From: Octopus bimaculoides
Lineage: Eukaryota
Assembly: GCF_001194135.2 (NCBI RefSeq)
Contig: NC_068983.1
Location: 85,066,876-85,130,875, forward strand
Length of the DNA: 64,000 bases
Direction of reading: 5' to 3'
A model generated the notes under the pieces. The model saw nothing but the letters and a program-made list of their open reading frames with translations. It made no database searches and had not been told where the DNA came from. The position numbers and the translations under genes were made by a program. Positions 1-13,660 of this stretch are shown here, one piece after another. The number at the start of each line of letters is the position of its first letter. Positions within the stretch are counted from its first letter, which is position 1.

Positions 1-419
1 GATCAAGATACATGGTTATTATACTGTTTTATTTTATTCAAGACAAATTCCCCCACGAGAATTTTAACATGCAAAGTAAAAGAGGGAAACTAAAGATATT
101 TACATAAAGGTATTTAGTATGGTGTTCTGTTTCTACTCTCCAGAGTCTTATCACAGTCCATAATGTTGAATTCAAAGCCACAGACTTGTAAAAGGAAAAT
201 ATTCGATTAATTTGGATCTAGTACTTATTTTAAGTCGTTCACCCTTCTGGAATCGACAAGTAAGCATCAGTCAACTACTGAGATCGATTAGATTAAAATT
301 ATTCCGCTTCCTAAATATATTGTCTTATGCCTAACTCAGAAAGCAATGTTGCTTTCCAGCATACAAGTAAATATCGATTCTTAAGACAAATAAGTTTCAA
401 ATTTGGACGATTAAACCAA

Positions 420-560
420 AGAAGTACTTGACAGATATATTTTATCGACCCCGGACAGCTAAAAGGCAAAGTTGACTTCAGTGGGATTTAAATTCAGAAC
501 GCCAAGGGCAGTATTCTGAATATCACAACATTTACCCGACATTCTAACGATTCTACCAAT
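420..560 (-). mobile_element. Degenerate tRNA-derived SINE (family A)
   Basis: tattttatcgacccc...aaaggcaaagttgac...aattcagaac matches, in reverse, the repeat recurring many times in this window (A-box tggcagaatcgtta, B-box gagttcaaatt). Confidence 0.7.
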
Positions 561-789
561 CAACTGTCCAATAAATTAGAATTTAATATTAAGAATGTGA
601 GAGAGGTTACGAAACAATACATTTTCAACTTAATTTACAACAAAAACTCCACTTATAAAAGTATAATCTTAAGTTCAAAGTGTTGCTAATTTGGGTTTAA
701 GGTGAATGGCTACATTTAGAATACTGATTAAATATTGAAAATCATCCTAAACTAACACGCCAATTACTTCGTTATTTATGTTGAAACAA

Positions 790-1195
790 ACGGGCATCCT
801 CTACTGAGCCAACGAGGGAGTCTTTGCTGGGCCATCAAGAAAGGCGCTGAAAAACTACTGAAGGAACCTTCGCTGAGCTATCAAGAAAATTGATTCCATG
901 GGGCAACCTCTACTGAGCTGCCGGGGAAGCTTTTACTGAGCCAATGAAGGAGCTTCTGTTGAGTCAGAGAGAGAGAGAGAGAGAGAACAGCTGTGCCATT
1001 AAGGAAATCTCTACTGAGCAAACGAGAGAACGTTTGGAAAACCAACACGGTAGTCTTTACTGAGCTAAGGAAACTCTGCTGAGCCATCAAGGAACTTCTA
1101 TTGAGCAAATGAAGGAGCTTCTGTAAAGACATCAAGGAATCCTCTACTGAACCAATGATGGAGCTTCTCTTGAGTCAACGAGGGAACCTCTATGC
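790..1195. repeat. Degenerate minisatellite, ~21-22 bp unit (ctctactgagccatcaagga-like), interrupted by (GA)n
   Basis: Repeated ctactgag/ctgagcca...aagga units by eye. The ORF at 881-1135 is a by-product. Confidence 0.75.
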
Positions 1196-2966
1196 ACTCA
1201 TTCAATTTCCTATAAAAATCAGCCAAATCTTCTTCAAATCACACCCAACCGTCTCCAAAAAACAAACATTAGACCATGTCTTAAATACAGTGTTTTTATG
1301 AAAAAGACGAGATTATCATGGCGGAACGGCTCTAGTCAGATATCTGTATGATCAGAGTTGATCTAGGCCTCAATAATGACAAAATGATGTCTATATGTCC
1401 GTAGTGCAAAACCTATGAGTTGTTCCTGGATATTTAATCCGTGCAGAGGACGAACTCGAGTTATTCAAAGCAGCTCCTGCTACCACCGCCACCTCCGATG
1501 CTACTGCTGCTGTTGCTACAGGAGGACTATTGCGTCAAAGGTGGGAAACTCTTTACCCGCATTCATATTTGTCCAGAAGTGACGATCTTTTTTTTTCCTG
1601 GCGTAATATCAAACAAGATGAGATTTCCATTTATGAAATATTTAACGGCTTATTTAAGGGTGGTATGCCGTGTATGTAGGTTCTCAAAACGGACTTGCTG
1701 CTTTAATTAAGATACAAGATAGTACCATTAGTATTCCTATTTTCTCATGGAATAAACATTGTAATGAAATATATTAACTTCATTTTTAAAAAGACTCAGA
1801 AATTGCACACGAGAGAATTGAAATAAATTTAAAGAATATTGAGACAGAATATGGTGATTTAATGTACTTTTGCAAGGTGTGGTGACTCAGTAAAGGACAC
1901 ATACTCAAGTTATTTTACGAGCTGGAAAATGAAATTAAACATTTTATAACATGAATTTTCATAGGAGGACAAAATATGGTTATATAATTTTTGTTGACAT
2001 CATTAGCCACTTAGATAATTCGTGGATGATAAAATGAATTCTCATTATGGAATTAGAGGACAAACAACGATTATGTGATTCTGTCGACATCAATCGCCAT
2101 TATCTAAGTTTGACATTATAAGGGTCAAATCTGATTATTACCTTTCTTCTTGCCAGTATCAATTGTTCGTAACTTAACTAAAGAAGCACCATTTAGCACA
2201 TTTCCCCTTACTGAAAGAACAGGAATCGGAATCGAGGGTGGAATATTTTACAGAGTGTTTCAAATTTGATGGCCAATTTCAAAAGAGTTTTCCAATTACG
2301 AATGTATGAAACTCCTTTAGATGTGTTAACAGATGAAGTTCATCAACCCTTGAATCTCGAATTCATTTACAATCAGATTATACCTTAATGTCCAAATTTA
2401 ATACCGTATTCATCTCAGTATTTTGTATCACTTATTTCTACTTCTTACTGATCCGAACAGTTCTTTTTAATTTCATTTGATTTTTATTTTTTATTTTATT
2501 AAATTCACTCAAGAAACACTTGCAGATAATAATCTTGCAAACCAATTTCTACATCATCAGTCCCATTTAAAATTTCTAAGATCTCCGAAGAATAAAACAG
2601 AAGCAACTTTCTCATTAAAATGTTGGATAAGAACACATTATTTTTATCCCTATATTACTCTAGGGTATCTTTGATGTTGCAGTATTAAAGCATTGTAAAT
2701 ATCTGGATAATTATCTGGATAATTATGGTTAGATTTTTAATTACTGTTGTTTAATATATTTACATCTGTGATTATATATAATTAAAGACACTAAATTACG
2801 TTAATTCTTCACAAGTTTTTTCATTACTTCTCCAATATTTTACATTCATCTCAAATTGGTATACTTACTGTCAAACTTTTTTTCAATCTTGTGAAATAAT
2901 TTTTGATAACAAAGTATTTCAAATTTTACACAAGACCAGCAATGTTTCTGGGAAGAGGGTTACTCG

Positions 2967-2967
<1 letters not shown>

Positions 2968-3032
<65 letters not shown>
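2968..3032. repeat. (AAT)n microsatellite
   Basis: Direct. Confidence 0.98.
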
Positions 3033-3034
<2 letters not shown>

Positions 3035-3310
3035 AGAAAAAGGTCACAGAAAACGAGAAAGCAACCATATTCTGGGATATGCCAATACACACAGATAGAG
3101 AAATTAAGGCAAATAGACCAGATATAGTTGTCAAAGATCACGAAGAAAAAAAATGCTTTCTAATAGACGTATCAATACCAGCAGATGACAACGTTTCCCT
3201 AAAAGAAATGGAAAACTTTCAAAATCCAAAGACCTGGAAATAGAGGTAACTCGAATGTGGAATCTAAAAACAGAAACAATTCCTATCATAGTAGGTGCCT
3301 TAGGTATAAT
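3033..3310 (+). mobile_element. R4/Dong-clade non-LTR retrotransposon, C-terminal RLE endonuclease fragment (copy 1, runs into gap)
   Basis: Translates to IFWDMPIHTDREIKANRPDIVVKD...CFLIDVSIP...KDLEIEVTRMWNLKTETIPIIVGALG: PD..D restriction-like endonuclease. Confidence 0.85.
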
Positions 3311-3907
3311 NNNNNNNNNNNNNNNNNNNNNNNNNNNNNNNNNNNNNNNNNNNNNNNNNNNNNNNNNNNNNNNNNNNNNNNNNNNNNNNNNNNNNNNNNN
3401 NNNNNNNNNNNNNNNNNNNNNNNNNNNNNNNNNNNNNNNNNNNNNNNNNNNNNNNNNNNNNNNNNNNNNNNNNNNNNNNNNNNNNNNNNNNNNNNNNNNN
3501 NNNNNNNNNNNNNNNNNNNNNNNNNNNNNNNNNNNNNNNNNNNNNNNNNNNNNNNNNNNNNNNNNNNNNNNNNNNNNNNNNNNNNNNNNNNNNNNNNNNN
3601 NNNNNNNNNNNNNNNNNNNNNNNNNNNNNNNNNNNNNNNNNNNNNNNNNNNNNNNNNNNNNNNNNNNNNNNNNNNNNNNNNNNNNNNNNNNNNNNNNNNN
3701 NNNNNNNNNNNNNNNNNNNNNNNNNNNNNNNNNNNNNNNNNNNNNNNNNNNNNNNNNNNNNNNNNNNNNNNNNNNNNNNNNNNNNNNNNNNNNNNNNNNN
3801 NNNNNNNNNNNNNNNNNNNNNNNNNNNNNNNNNNNNNNNNNNNNNNNNNNNNNNNNNNNNNNNNNNNNNNNNNNNNNNNNNNNNNNNNNNNNNNNNNNNN
3901 NNNNNNA

Positions 3908-5444
3908 TTAAGGAAGGAAAAAGCAGAGTATTAGTTCAGAAATAGTAAGGGAAAAATGAATCATTTGTTCTACATGGATGATCTGAAGCTTTTTAGTAAG
4001 AATAAAAAAGAGATAGATTCCTTAATACAGACTGTAAGACTCTTCAGCAAAGATATAGGCATGGAATTTGGCATAGATAAGTGAGCAATATTAGTCATGA
4101 GAAGGGGACAGGGAGTCAACAGCGAAAGCATCCAATTACCAGATGGCCAGACATTAAAATCATTGAAAGGAGGAGAGAGTTATAAGTATGTAGGAGTATT
4201 AGAACCTGACAGAGTACTAACTACAGAAATGAAAACGAAAATTGCGAAGGAGTACATCAAAAGGCTGAGGAAGCTAATGAAGTCAAAGCTAAATGGTCCA
4301 AATCTAGTGAAGGCTGTAAATACATGGGCTGTATCATTACTTAGATACTCAGCAGCTTTTGTAGAGTTGGACAAAAACTAAATTAGCAAAGCTAAACAGA
4401 AGAACTAGGAAGGAATTCAATGTGAATGGAGGACTCCACCCAAGGGCAGGAGTAGCAAGATTATACCTAGAAAGGAAGGCGGAAGAGGGTTAATATCAGT
4501 AGAAGACTGTGTGGAGTTACCTAGAGTAGATATAGACTCCTGTATAGATAATAATGAAGAAAGTTTATTAAAAAGTGCTAGAGTCACGGCAAGACATAGG
4601 GATAAGAAAAACCCAAACGGACTTAAAAACTAGGAAAAAGAACAGAAATTATCTGACTGGAGGAGAAGGCGTTGCATAGTAGATTCCCAAAGATAGCTGC
4701 AGCAAATAGTAGTAGTGAGGCATGGCTATGGTTGCAGAAAGGAAAGCTGAAGAAAGAGACAGAAAGTTTGTTAGTAGCTGCACAAGATCAAGCATTAAGG
4801 GTTAATAGGATAAAAACCAAAATAGACAAAAAACAAGTAGATTCCCAATGTCGGTTATGCAAATCAAAAGAGGAAAGCGTTGCTCATATAGTAAGTAAAT
4901 GTATCATGCTGGCACAGAAAGAATACAAGACATGACAACTTAGGGAGAGTAATCCACTATGTGTTATGTAGAAAGCTATGATTTGACCATACTAATAAAT
5001 GGTATGAACATGAACCTAGTAAAGTATTTGAAAGTAAGAAATACAAGATGTAGGGCTTTAACATTCAGACTGATTTAGTAGTGGTAGATAAAAAGAATAG
5101 AAAGTGCCAGATAATTGACTTTACAGTCCCAAATAAGGAAAAAAAACAATATAAAAGGTATGGAAAAATAGCAAAGTACCAGGACCTAGCCATTTAATTG
5201 CAGAGACTATGGAAAGTGCTGGTAAAATTTATCCTAGTAGTTATAGGTGCATTGGGAACTATCTCTAAAGATCAGGACAGATGGATAGAGGAAATAGGCA
5301 TAAGACCCAATTTAGTACAGCTGCAGAAATCAGTGTTATTGGGGACAGCTAGGATACTTAGGAGGGTTCTTGGTATCTAAGTTTATTTGTTGTAGCCCGA
5401 TGTTAAGATTTGTTCTTTCCAATAGTCTAATCTGTTGTGTCTAT

Positions 5445-5445
<1 letters not shown>
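3908..5445 (+). mobile_element. R4/Dong-clade non-LTR retrotransposon, RT 3' half + CCHC + RLE, degenerate (copy 2)
   Basis: HLFYMDDLKLF RT motif; CRLCKSKEESVAHIVSKC zinc knuckle; ends QKSVLLGTARILRRVL; short 3' UTR then (AAT)n. Has stops and frameshifts. Confidence 0.9.
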
Positions 5446-5500
<55 letters not shown>

Positions 5501-5541
5501 TGATAATGATGATGATGATGATGATGATGAAGATGATGATG

Positions 5542-5633
<92 letters not shown>

Positions 5634-5649
5634 AAGAAGAAGAAGAAGA
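5446..5649. repeat. Compound microsatellite (AAT)n-(GAT)n-(AAT)n-(AAG)n
   Basis: Direct. Confidence 0.97.
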
Positions 5650-6848
5650 TTGTCACAATTGGCCTAGACACACCTACCTGAAAAACTCTGATGACTGGGT
5701 GTTAAAACTTTCTCAAAGCATGAAAACAAGAAAGCATCATACTCAGTAACAAAACAGTCAGAGGAATATCTAAATGAATTCCAAATACAACAAATTCCAG
5801 AATTAGGCGGACTAGAAACAAGCACAGAAAAAGCTAAGCATATGAAAACTCGTGCTAAAACTGCTGCCTTAGATATTCTTACTGATAAATGGAAAGAAAG
5901 ACCTCTCAATGTCAAATACCCAAAGAGAGCTAATAGTGCCGATGTTGATAAAGCCCTTACCCATCAATGGTTAGTGTCTTCTGGTTTAAAATCAGAAGCA
6001 GAAGGGTTTGTCATAGCAGCCCATGATCAATGCCTACCTAGGAGAAACTACCAGGCCAACATATTAAAGAACGGCAGTAGCCCAACATATCGTGTATGTC
6101 AACAACAAAATGAAACCATTGATCATGTTGTCTCCATGCGCAGTCTTCTTGCGCCTACAGAGTAACTCAACAGGTATGATAGAGCAGCACAATATATTCA
6201 CTGTGTAATATGCAAAAACCTGGACCTGCCTCATGATAAAAACTGGTGGAAACACAAATCACATCCAGTGCTTGAAAATGATCACATCTCACTCCTCTGG
6301 AACTTCACCGTTCAAACTGATAGAAAGATAGATGCGAATTGACCAGACATTATATTGAAAGACATCAGACAAAAATCATGCCTGCTCATTGATATGACTG
6401 TCTCAATCGACATAAAGGTATTTGCCAAGACCTACCAAAAACTGAGCAAGTATAAAGATTTTGAAATAGAAATTGGCAAAATGTGGAACCTCAAGACTAA
6501 AACAATACCTGTTGTCATAAGTGCCTTAGGAATGATAACAAAAGGGCTGATTCTTACCTGGTTCAGATACCATGAAATCCCAAATTGGCAGAAATTCAAA
6601 AGGTAGTGCTCATGGGAACTGCCCATATCCTACGTAAAATACTGTATATGTAATCTCAAATTTTAAAACAAACTCATAATTTTCTTATGTTTTTTTTTTC
6701 TTAAACATTCTCTAGAACAATACTATGTGCAAAACTAAATATATGACACCCTAGGCATAACACCAACATGAACTTCTAACTTGTTGTCTCTTGAGATCTC
6801 TGGGTGAGACTTGGAGCCAACTTGTACAAATACAAAGAAAAATCAAAC

Positions 6849-6850
<2 letters not shown>
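5650..6850 (+). mobile_element. R4/Dong-clade non-LTR retrotransposon 3' portion, degenerate (copy 3)
   Basis: WLVSSGLKSEAEGFVIAAHDQCL, RVCQQQNETIDHVVS, LIDMTV...KLSKYKDFEIEIGKMWNLKTKTIPVVISALG; followed by (TAA)n. Confidence 0.88.

Positions 6851-6918
<68 letters not shown>
6851..6918. repeat. (TAA)n microsatellite
   Basis: Direct. Confidence 0.98.
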
Positions 6919-7389
6919 TGTCTTGGTATAAAAGATGGGCTACAGCAAATATTCTACTACTCAATACCACAGATTTGCTTATCAGTTGCTTGACCTTAAC
7001 CAGTTGGTGGCTGATGATATGTGTATCTCTAATCACGAGCAGAAGTAGTGGGGGAGCATCATAGCCATGTATTGAGAGGAATTCTTCGGGGTTTGAATAA
7101 TTCACCACGGTAAACATGGGTGTTTTGTTCAACATCATTAAACAACTCCTATTCATGGACCTTTTGAGTGAGATGGGCTTCTCGAGCTGAAGAAAATTCT
7201 AACTGGGTCCCATCTGCAAGGTCATGCGTTGTTTATCTTATGAGATCACCATGTCGCGCACATACGGTTGTGATGCATGTACCTGGTGTACCCTTATCAA
7301 ATGGGTAGTCATGATGGATATACTGGGTTTCGTATATTTTACCCCAATGTGACTTTGATGGTTCTCACTCAATAATGATAATTATGCTA

Positions 7390-8640
7390 TCTTTATTGAC
7401 CACTAAGGGTCCACAAAAAACATTGGGGACAGTACAGCGTTAGTTACATAAATAGAAGCGTGTAAACTGTAAAATAAAAACGATAATATAAATTTTAACA
7501 ACGAAAAATTTCCCAAAACGCGTGACCTCTTAGGGCTTCTCGTGATCACACAAAACAACAGTCACATTGACCACAAGGGCATGTGCCCTATCCACATAGT
7601 CTTCCTTCAGTCTACAGGCACGTGCTTAGAGTAAGCCAGTTCTCTCGGACCATTCTTGCTGCATTCACCCATCTTTCAATAAAATTGGTGGGAGGCAACA
7701 CTTCCTTCTTTACTCTCATCTTCCTTTTCAAATGAAACTTGAAAAGGTTGACAAATGTTCACTAAAGAGAACAGTGTTTGTCTTCAGCCCTTTCAATCTG
7801 GTCCACCACACAACCTCTTTCACTAAGGCCACCAGACAAATAAACATTTCCTACTCTTCCCGGTCAAAGGAAGGCGGCGGGACGACATTCACAATGGATT
7901 CAGCCGATAGCGAGATCCATTCTACACGTGACAGCAGATGTTCGACATAAACCCACAAGTCAGAAAAACTCAGACACTGAACTAGGAGGTGTAGAATAAT
8001 TTCGTCGCTCTGCGCGCATCTCGGGCAATCCCGGCTGACGGCACTTCCAAGTTTATAGAGTAAATCCTGAACCGGCAATGCTCCCCATAACACTGCCAGG
8101 CCAGGTATTTCTGGAAATTATCCAAGGAACTCCGGCCCAAAAGTACTCCAGAACAAACCAGCCAGCTGATTCTCGTCGACGCCCAGAGTCTTTCCGAGAG
8201 CGAGATCGCACTTGCTCTCCACTAACCCTCTATAGAACACTAAAGCGGAACTTCCACCGACCGCATTGCCTGACTGATAGAGGAATGCGTTCATGGGAAA
8301 ACCTCCAGACCCTTGAAGAAATAGGGCTGTCCATCCACTATCAGAGCATAAACTTTGAACGTATCCCCCTTAGGTGATTAACGTTCTCACGGTTATAGCA
8401 TTGAAACCTTCTACCTTTCATTACCACCTGCAATGCTGCCCTCCTGGGATATATATCTCAGGTTAGGGATTTTCTCAAATGTTTCAAGTTTCACCTGAAT
8501 CAAAATATCCAACCCCACTCCAAATGAATTGTTTTGTTTTTTTCGGAATCTGTTTATTTCTAGCAGCGTGGTAGGGTCTTTTAAAGCTACATATTTCATC
8601 ACCCAACAGAAGTTTAGTTTTGGTGGTACATTTGAGATCT
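7390..8640 (-). mobile_element. L1/Tx1-like LINE 3' fragment (zf-RVT region + tail)
   Basis: GALPVQDLLYKLGSAVSRDCPRCAQSDEIILHLLVQC zinc-finger motif; tail ending cccttagtggtcAATAAA. 5' limit approximate. Confidence 0.75.
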
Positions 8641-9029
8641 TTACANNNNNNNNNNCCAACAGAAGTTTAGTTCTGGTGGTACATTTGAGATTTTTACACG
8701 GTCACTCTCCGTTCCAGATAAATCGGTGTCAGTGGAAAATGACTCGGGTGTATCCGATCTTATATTTTGCCATATGCTTTTTAAAAATAGTTCAAATTTT
8801 CTTTAATTTGTGTCTGTTTGTCGATAAGCACATATAGACTGAAATATTTTCTTTTCTGTTTGGTCTAAAAGATGTTGCAGTATATTGAACATAACTTTTC
8901 TTTTCTCTTTTGTTGGTGTATTTCTCCGTCTCTTTTAAATGTTCAGGCTTATTGTACAGATATAGTGAGATGAAATCGAATATATTTGTGATCTTGGCAA
9001 AAGAAATATTTTGGGCTGTGTTTTCACTA

Positions 9030-9240
9030 TTGTTGTTGTTGTTGTTGTTGTTGCTGTTGGTGGTGGTGGTGGTGGTGGTGATGGTGGTATCAGTGTTCGC
9101 TGCTCTTATTGTTTCTCATTGAGGCGGTGGTGATGTTGTTGCTGTTGTTGTTATAATTGCCTCTGTTGTTGTTGTTGTAGTTATTATTGCTGTTGCTACT
9201 AATACTGCTGCTACTAATTTTTTATTACTACTACGTATGT
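9030..9240. repeat. Low-complexity (TGT)n/(GGT)n/(TAC)n tracts
   Basis: Direct. Confidence 0.9.
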
Positions 9241-9785
9241 AGTATTGTGTGGTAGAAGATGACTGCGAAAGACGATTTCATCTTCAAAATCTTGTTCCAC
9301 TTCCCTCTCTCGCTGGTGGAGATACGGTGGAGATACGGTGGAGGGTGTTATTGGTGGTGGTGGTTGTTTTGGTGATGTGTCAGTGAAATGTGTGAGTATT
9401 TTGACCTCTCTCTGATCCCATTTGAAAAGTTACCCCTCCTTCACCCTATTCCCCCTAAGTATTTCCAACAGGAAGTTCATTCCCTCAGGATATTCTACCT
9501 GAAGAATCGTCACACTGCCAAAATCTGGCTGACAATTCTTCGTTTGATCCAAATACTCTACTATTCTACCCTGCTTCTACTTCTTGTTTTCTTTTTCTGG
9601 TAACTTGGTCTTTTTTTTTTTTTTAGACTGAACATTTCTTTTCTTTTCAATTCTTTTCAACTCAGGGTTAAAGAAAGACGTATATTGAGACGAAATATGT
9701 CATCTGTTTAAGATTATATACTCTTCATATGTACTTCAAAATAACTGAATTGACCAAGAAACTTTGAGTGAAAAGATTTTGCTGA

Positions 9786-9990
9786 ACGCGTAGAGCTGGC
9801 AGAATTGTTAGCACGCCGGACAAAATGCTTAGCGGCATTTCTTCCAGTTCCTTGAGTTCTGAGATCATATAGTACCAAAATCATCTTAGCCTTTCATCCC
9901 TTCAGTATCGATAAAGTAAAATATCAGTCAATTACTGGAGTTGATGCAATCTGTTTGTCCCTTCCTTCAAAATTTGCTGCCCTTGTAACT
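9786..9990 (+). mobile_element. tRNA-derived SINE family A
   Basis: gagctggcagaattgttagcacgccggacaaaatgcttagcggcattt...gagttctgag...gcctttcatccc...gtcgat-like body. Confidence 0.85.
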
Positions 9991-10849
9991 CTGCAACGGA
10001 CTGGCATCCTATTCGGGAAGAAATGTGATCTCTGTCACTCATACGTCATGGAAATCAGGTAACCACCTTTATGAATACTGGATCTCGAAAAAATATTTCC
10101 CATAGTATATCATATTGAGCTATCAGCTACTGAAGGAAACGTAAGGGTGGAGTCCTCGTTACATACGGCACATCTTGGGTATTTTAAACACCTAGCGGAA
10201 CCCATCTTCCTCCAGGTCTGACCATAGCTGATTTCTCAAAAAGAGAAGCAAAGAGAGGAAGAGAGATAGAAAGAAAGAGAAGAATCAACCCTACTTCAAG
10301 ACTGTTACTTTATCGACCTCGAAAGGATGAAAACGAGAACGCTGAACGCAAAGACCCGAAACAAATAATCCAGAAGTCGACTCTTTTTGTAAACCTGATA
10401 TGATGCGCAAGAAAACAACAGCTAAAAATGATACGAAAGATTAACAACAAACACAAAGAAACAAATAAAGGTACGTGTACTTGCGTGTGTGGTTGAACAA
10501 TAAAACTGCTCTGCCATACATTTGAATACGTTCACGTTTATATACATAACTTCTGTCTATCGATGTAGCAACTTTACTATTGATAAGATTAAGAATATAA
10601 ACTTATATGCATTTGTGTTTGATTGAATAATTTATGTAATGCACTAACTAAAAGCCTGTGATGAGCTAGACTTTCTAAGATTAACCGTCTCCACCAAACG
10701 GCTTGGTACAAGGCCAAACCGTTTAGCGGGGAAGTTTTGAACTCAAGATGTAAATATATCAGGTGTTAGATCATATATACACTTTGGCTTGCAATCCCTG
10801 CGCTGAGATCGATGCATAAGTTTTTTTATAAGCTGAAATATTGCTTTAA

Positions 10850-12030
10850 TAATCCCTTATAATTTTGATATAAGACCAGCAATTTCGAGCGATGTGGAAG
10901 TCGTTTATATCGACTCCAGTGTTCAACTTGTATTTATTGTATTGATCCCGAAAATATAAAAAACAAAGTCAACTTCTGCAGTACTTGAACTCGGAACGTA
11001 AAGAGCCGGAAAAATACTGCTAAGCATTTTGTTCGACGTGTTGAGGATTTTGCCATCTTACCAGCTCGCCGCCACATAGATACTGCCTCAATAATAACTG
11101 CTTCGAATTTTGACAAAAGGCCAGCAATTTTAAGGGGAGAGACTAGGTCGATGTAATCGGCCCCAGTGCTCAACTGGTACTTATTTCATCGATTCTGAAA
11201 GGGTGGAAGGCAAAGTCAATCTCAGCGGAACTTGAACTCAGGACATAAAACCGAAAGAAATACCGCTAAGCATTTTTTCCGGGATGTTAACGATTCTGCC
11301 CGTTTGTTGCCACAAGTCCTGCCTTAAAAATCCTTTCTACTATAGGAAAAAGGCTTGAAAATTTAGGGGAGGGTGATTGTCGATTACATCTTCCCCAGTG
11401 CACCATTGGTACTTATATCATCAAACCGGCAAAATTTGAACTCAGAACGTGAAGCCGGAAGAAGTGCTGGTAAGCATTTTATCCAGAGTGCGAACGGTTC
11501 TGCCAGCTTGCTACCTTGTCCTACCTTAATAATAATTTCAAATTTTGCCACAAGGCCTGAAATTTTAGGAGAGGGGACAACTTGATTACATTGAACCAGT
11601 ATTCAACTGGTACTCATTTCATCGACGCCGAAAGGATGAAAGGCAAAGTTGACCTCGGTGGAATTTGAACTCAGAACGTAGCGACGGGCGAAATACCGCT
11701 AAGCATTTCGTCCAGTGTACTAGTGATTCTGCTAGCTCACCGCCTTATTGATTTAAAATTTTTCCACAAGGGCAGCAATTTTGGTGGAGGGGATGAGTCG
11801 ATTACATTGACCCCAGTGTTCAACTGGTACTTATTTTATCGACNNNNNNNNNNGGGATGAGTCGATTACATTGACCCCAGTGTTCAACTGGTACTTATTT
11901 TATCGACTCCGAAAGAATGAAAGGCAAAGTCGGCCTCGTCAGAATTTGAACTCAGAACGTGTCGACGGGCGAAATACCGCTAAGCGTTTCGTCCAGCGTA
12001 CTAACCATTATGCCAGCTCGCCACCTTGTC
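10850..12030 (-). mobile_element. Tandem cluster of ~5-6 family A SINE copies
   Basis: Recurrent gaatttgaactcagaacgt...ctaagcattt...ctgccagctcgcc units, all in the same orientation. Confidence 0.9.
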
Positions 12031-12359
12031 CTACTTAATTAATAATAACAAGTGTACTAATACTTCACAATTGATATTTCACAATATTCAATTCTTCTTA
12101 TTACTATTTCATTTTACATCATGAACGTTTTCGTTGCATCCCGGCAACCACCTGAAATGAGTTCTTCATATTCAACTGATTATTGTTATTTATATTCTTT
12201 ACAAAAAGAGTTTGTTGTCAATTGTTTGTTGCTAAACATTACCCAAACATTTTACTATGAGTGAATAAATATATATATGTAAAAATGCTCATGACACACC
12301 TTATCACAACGACGTACCCTAGAAATTCATCAGCGTTGACAAGGCAAGTTGTGTGTGTT

Positions 12360-13660
<1,301 letters not shown>

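Noticed and set aside
5370-5681. Poly-N/D/K, poly-I, HT/CV and SIYL ORFs throughout the ORF track
   Set aside because: Translations of microsatellites or N gaps.
8590-8700. ~45-bp direct duplication across a 10-N gap (similar at 11790-11910 and 58010-58040)
   Set aside because: Typical contig-overlap scaffolding artefact, not a biological tandem repeat.
10655-10810. GTGATGA...CTGA with an internal hairpin (snoRNA/U3-like)
   Set aside because: No terminal stem and no resemblance to known snRNA/snoRNA sequences.
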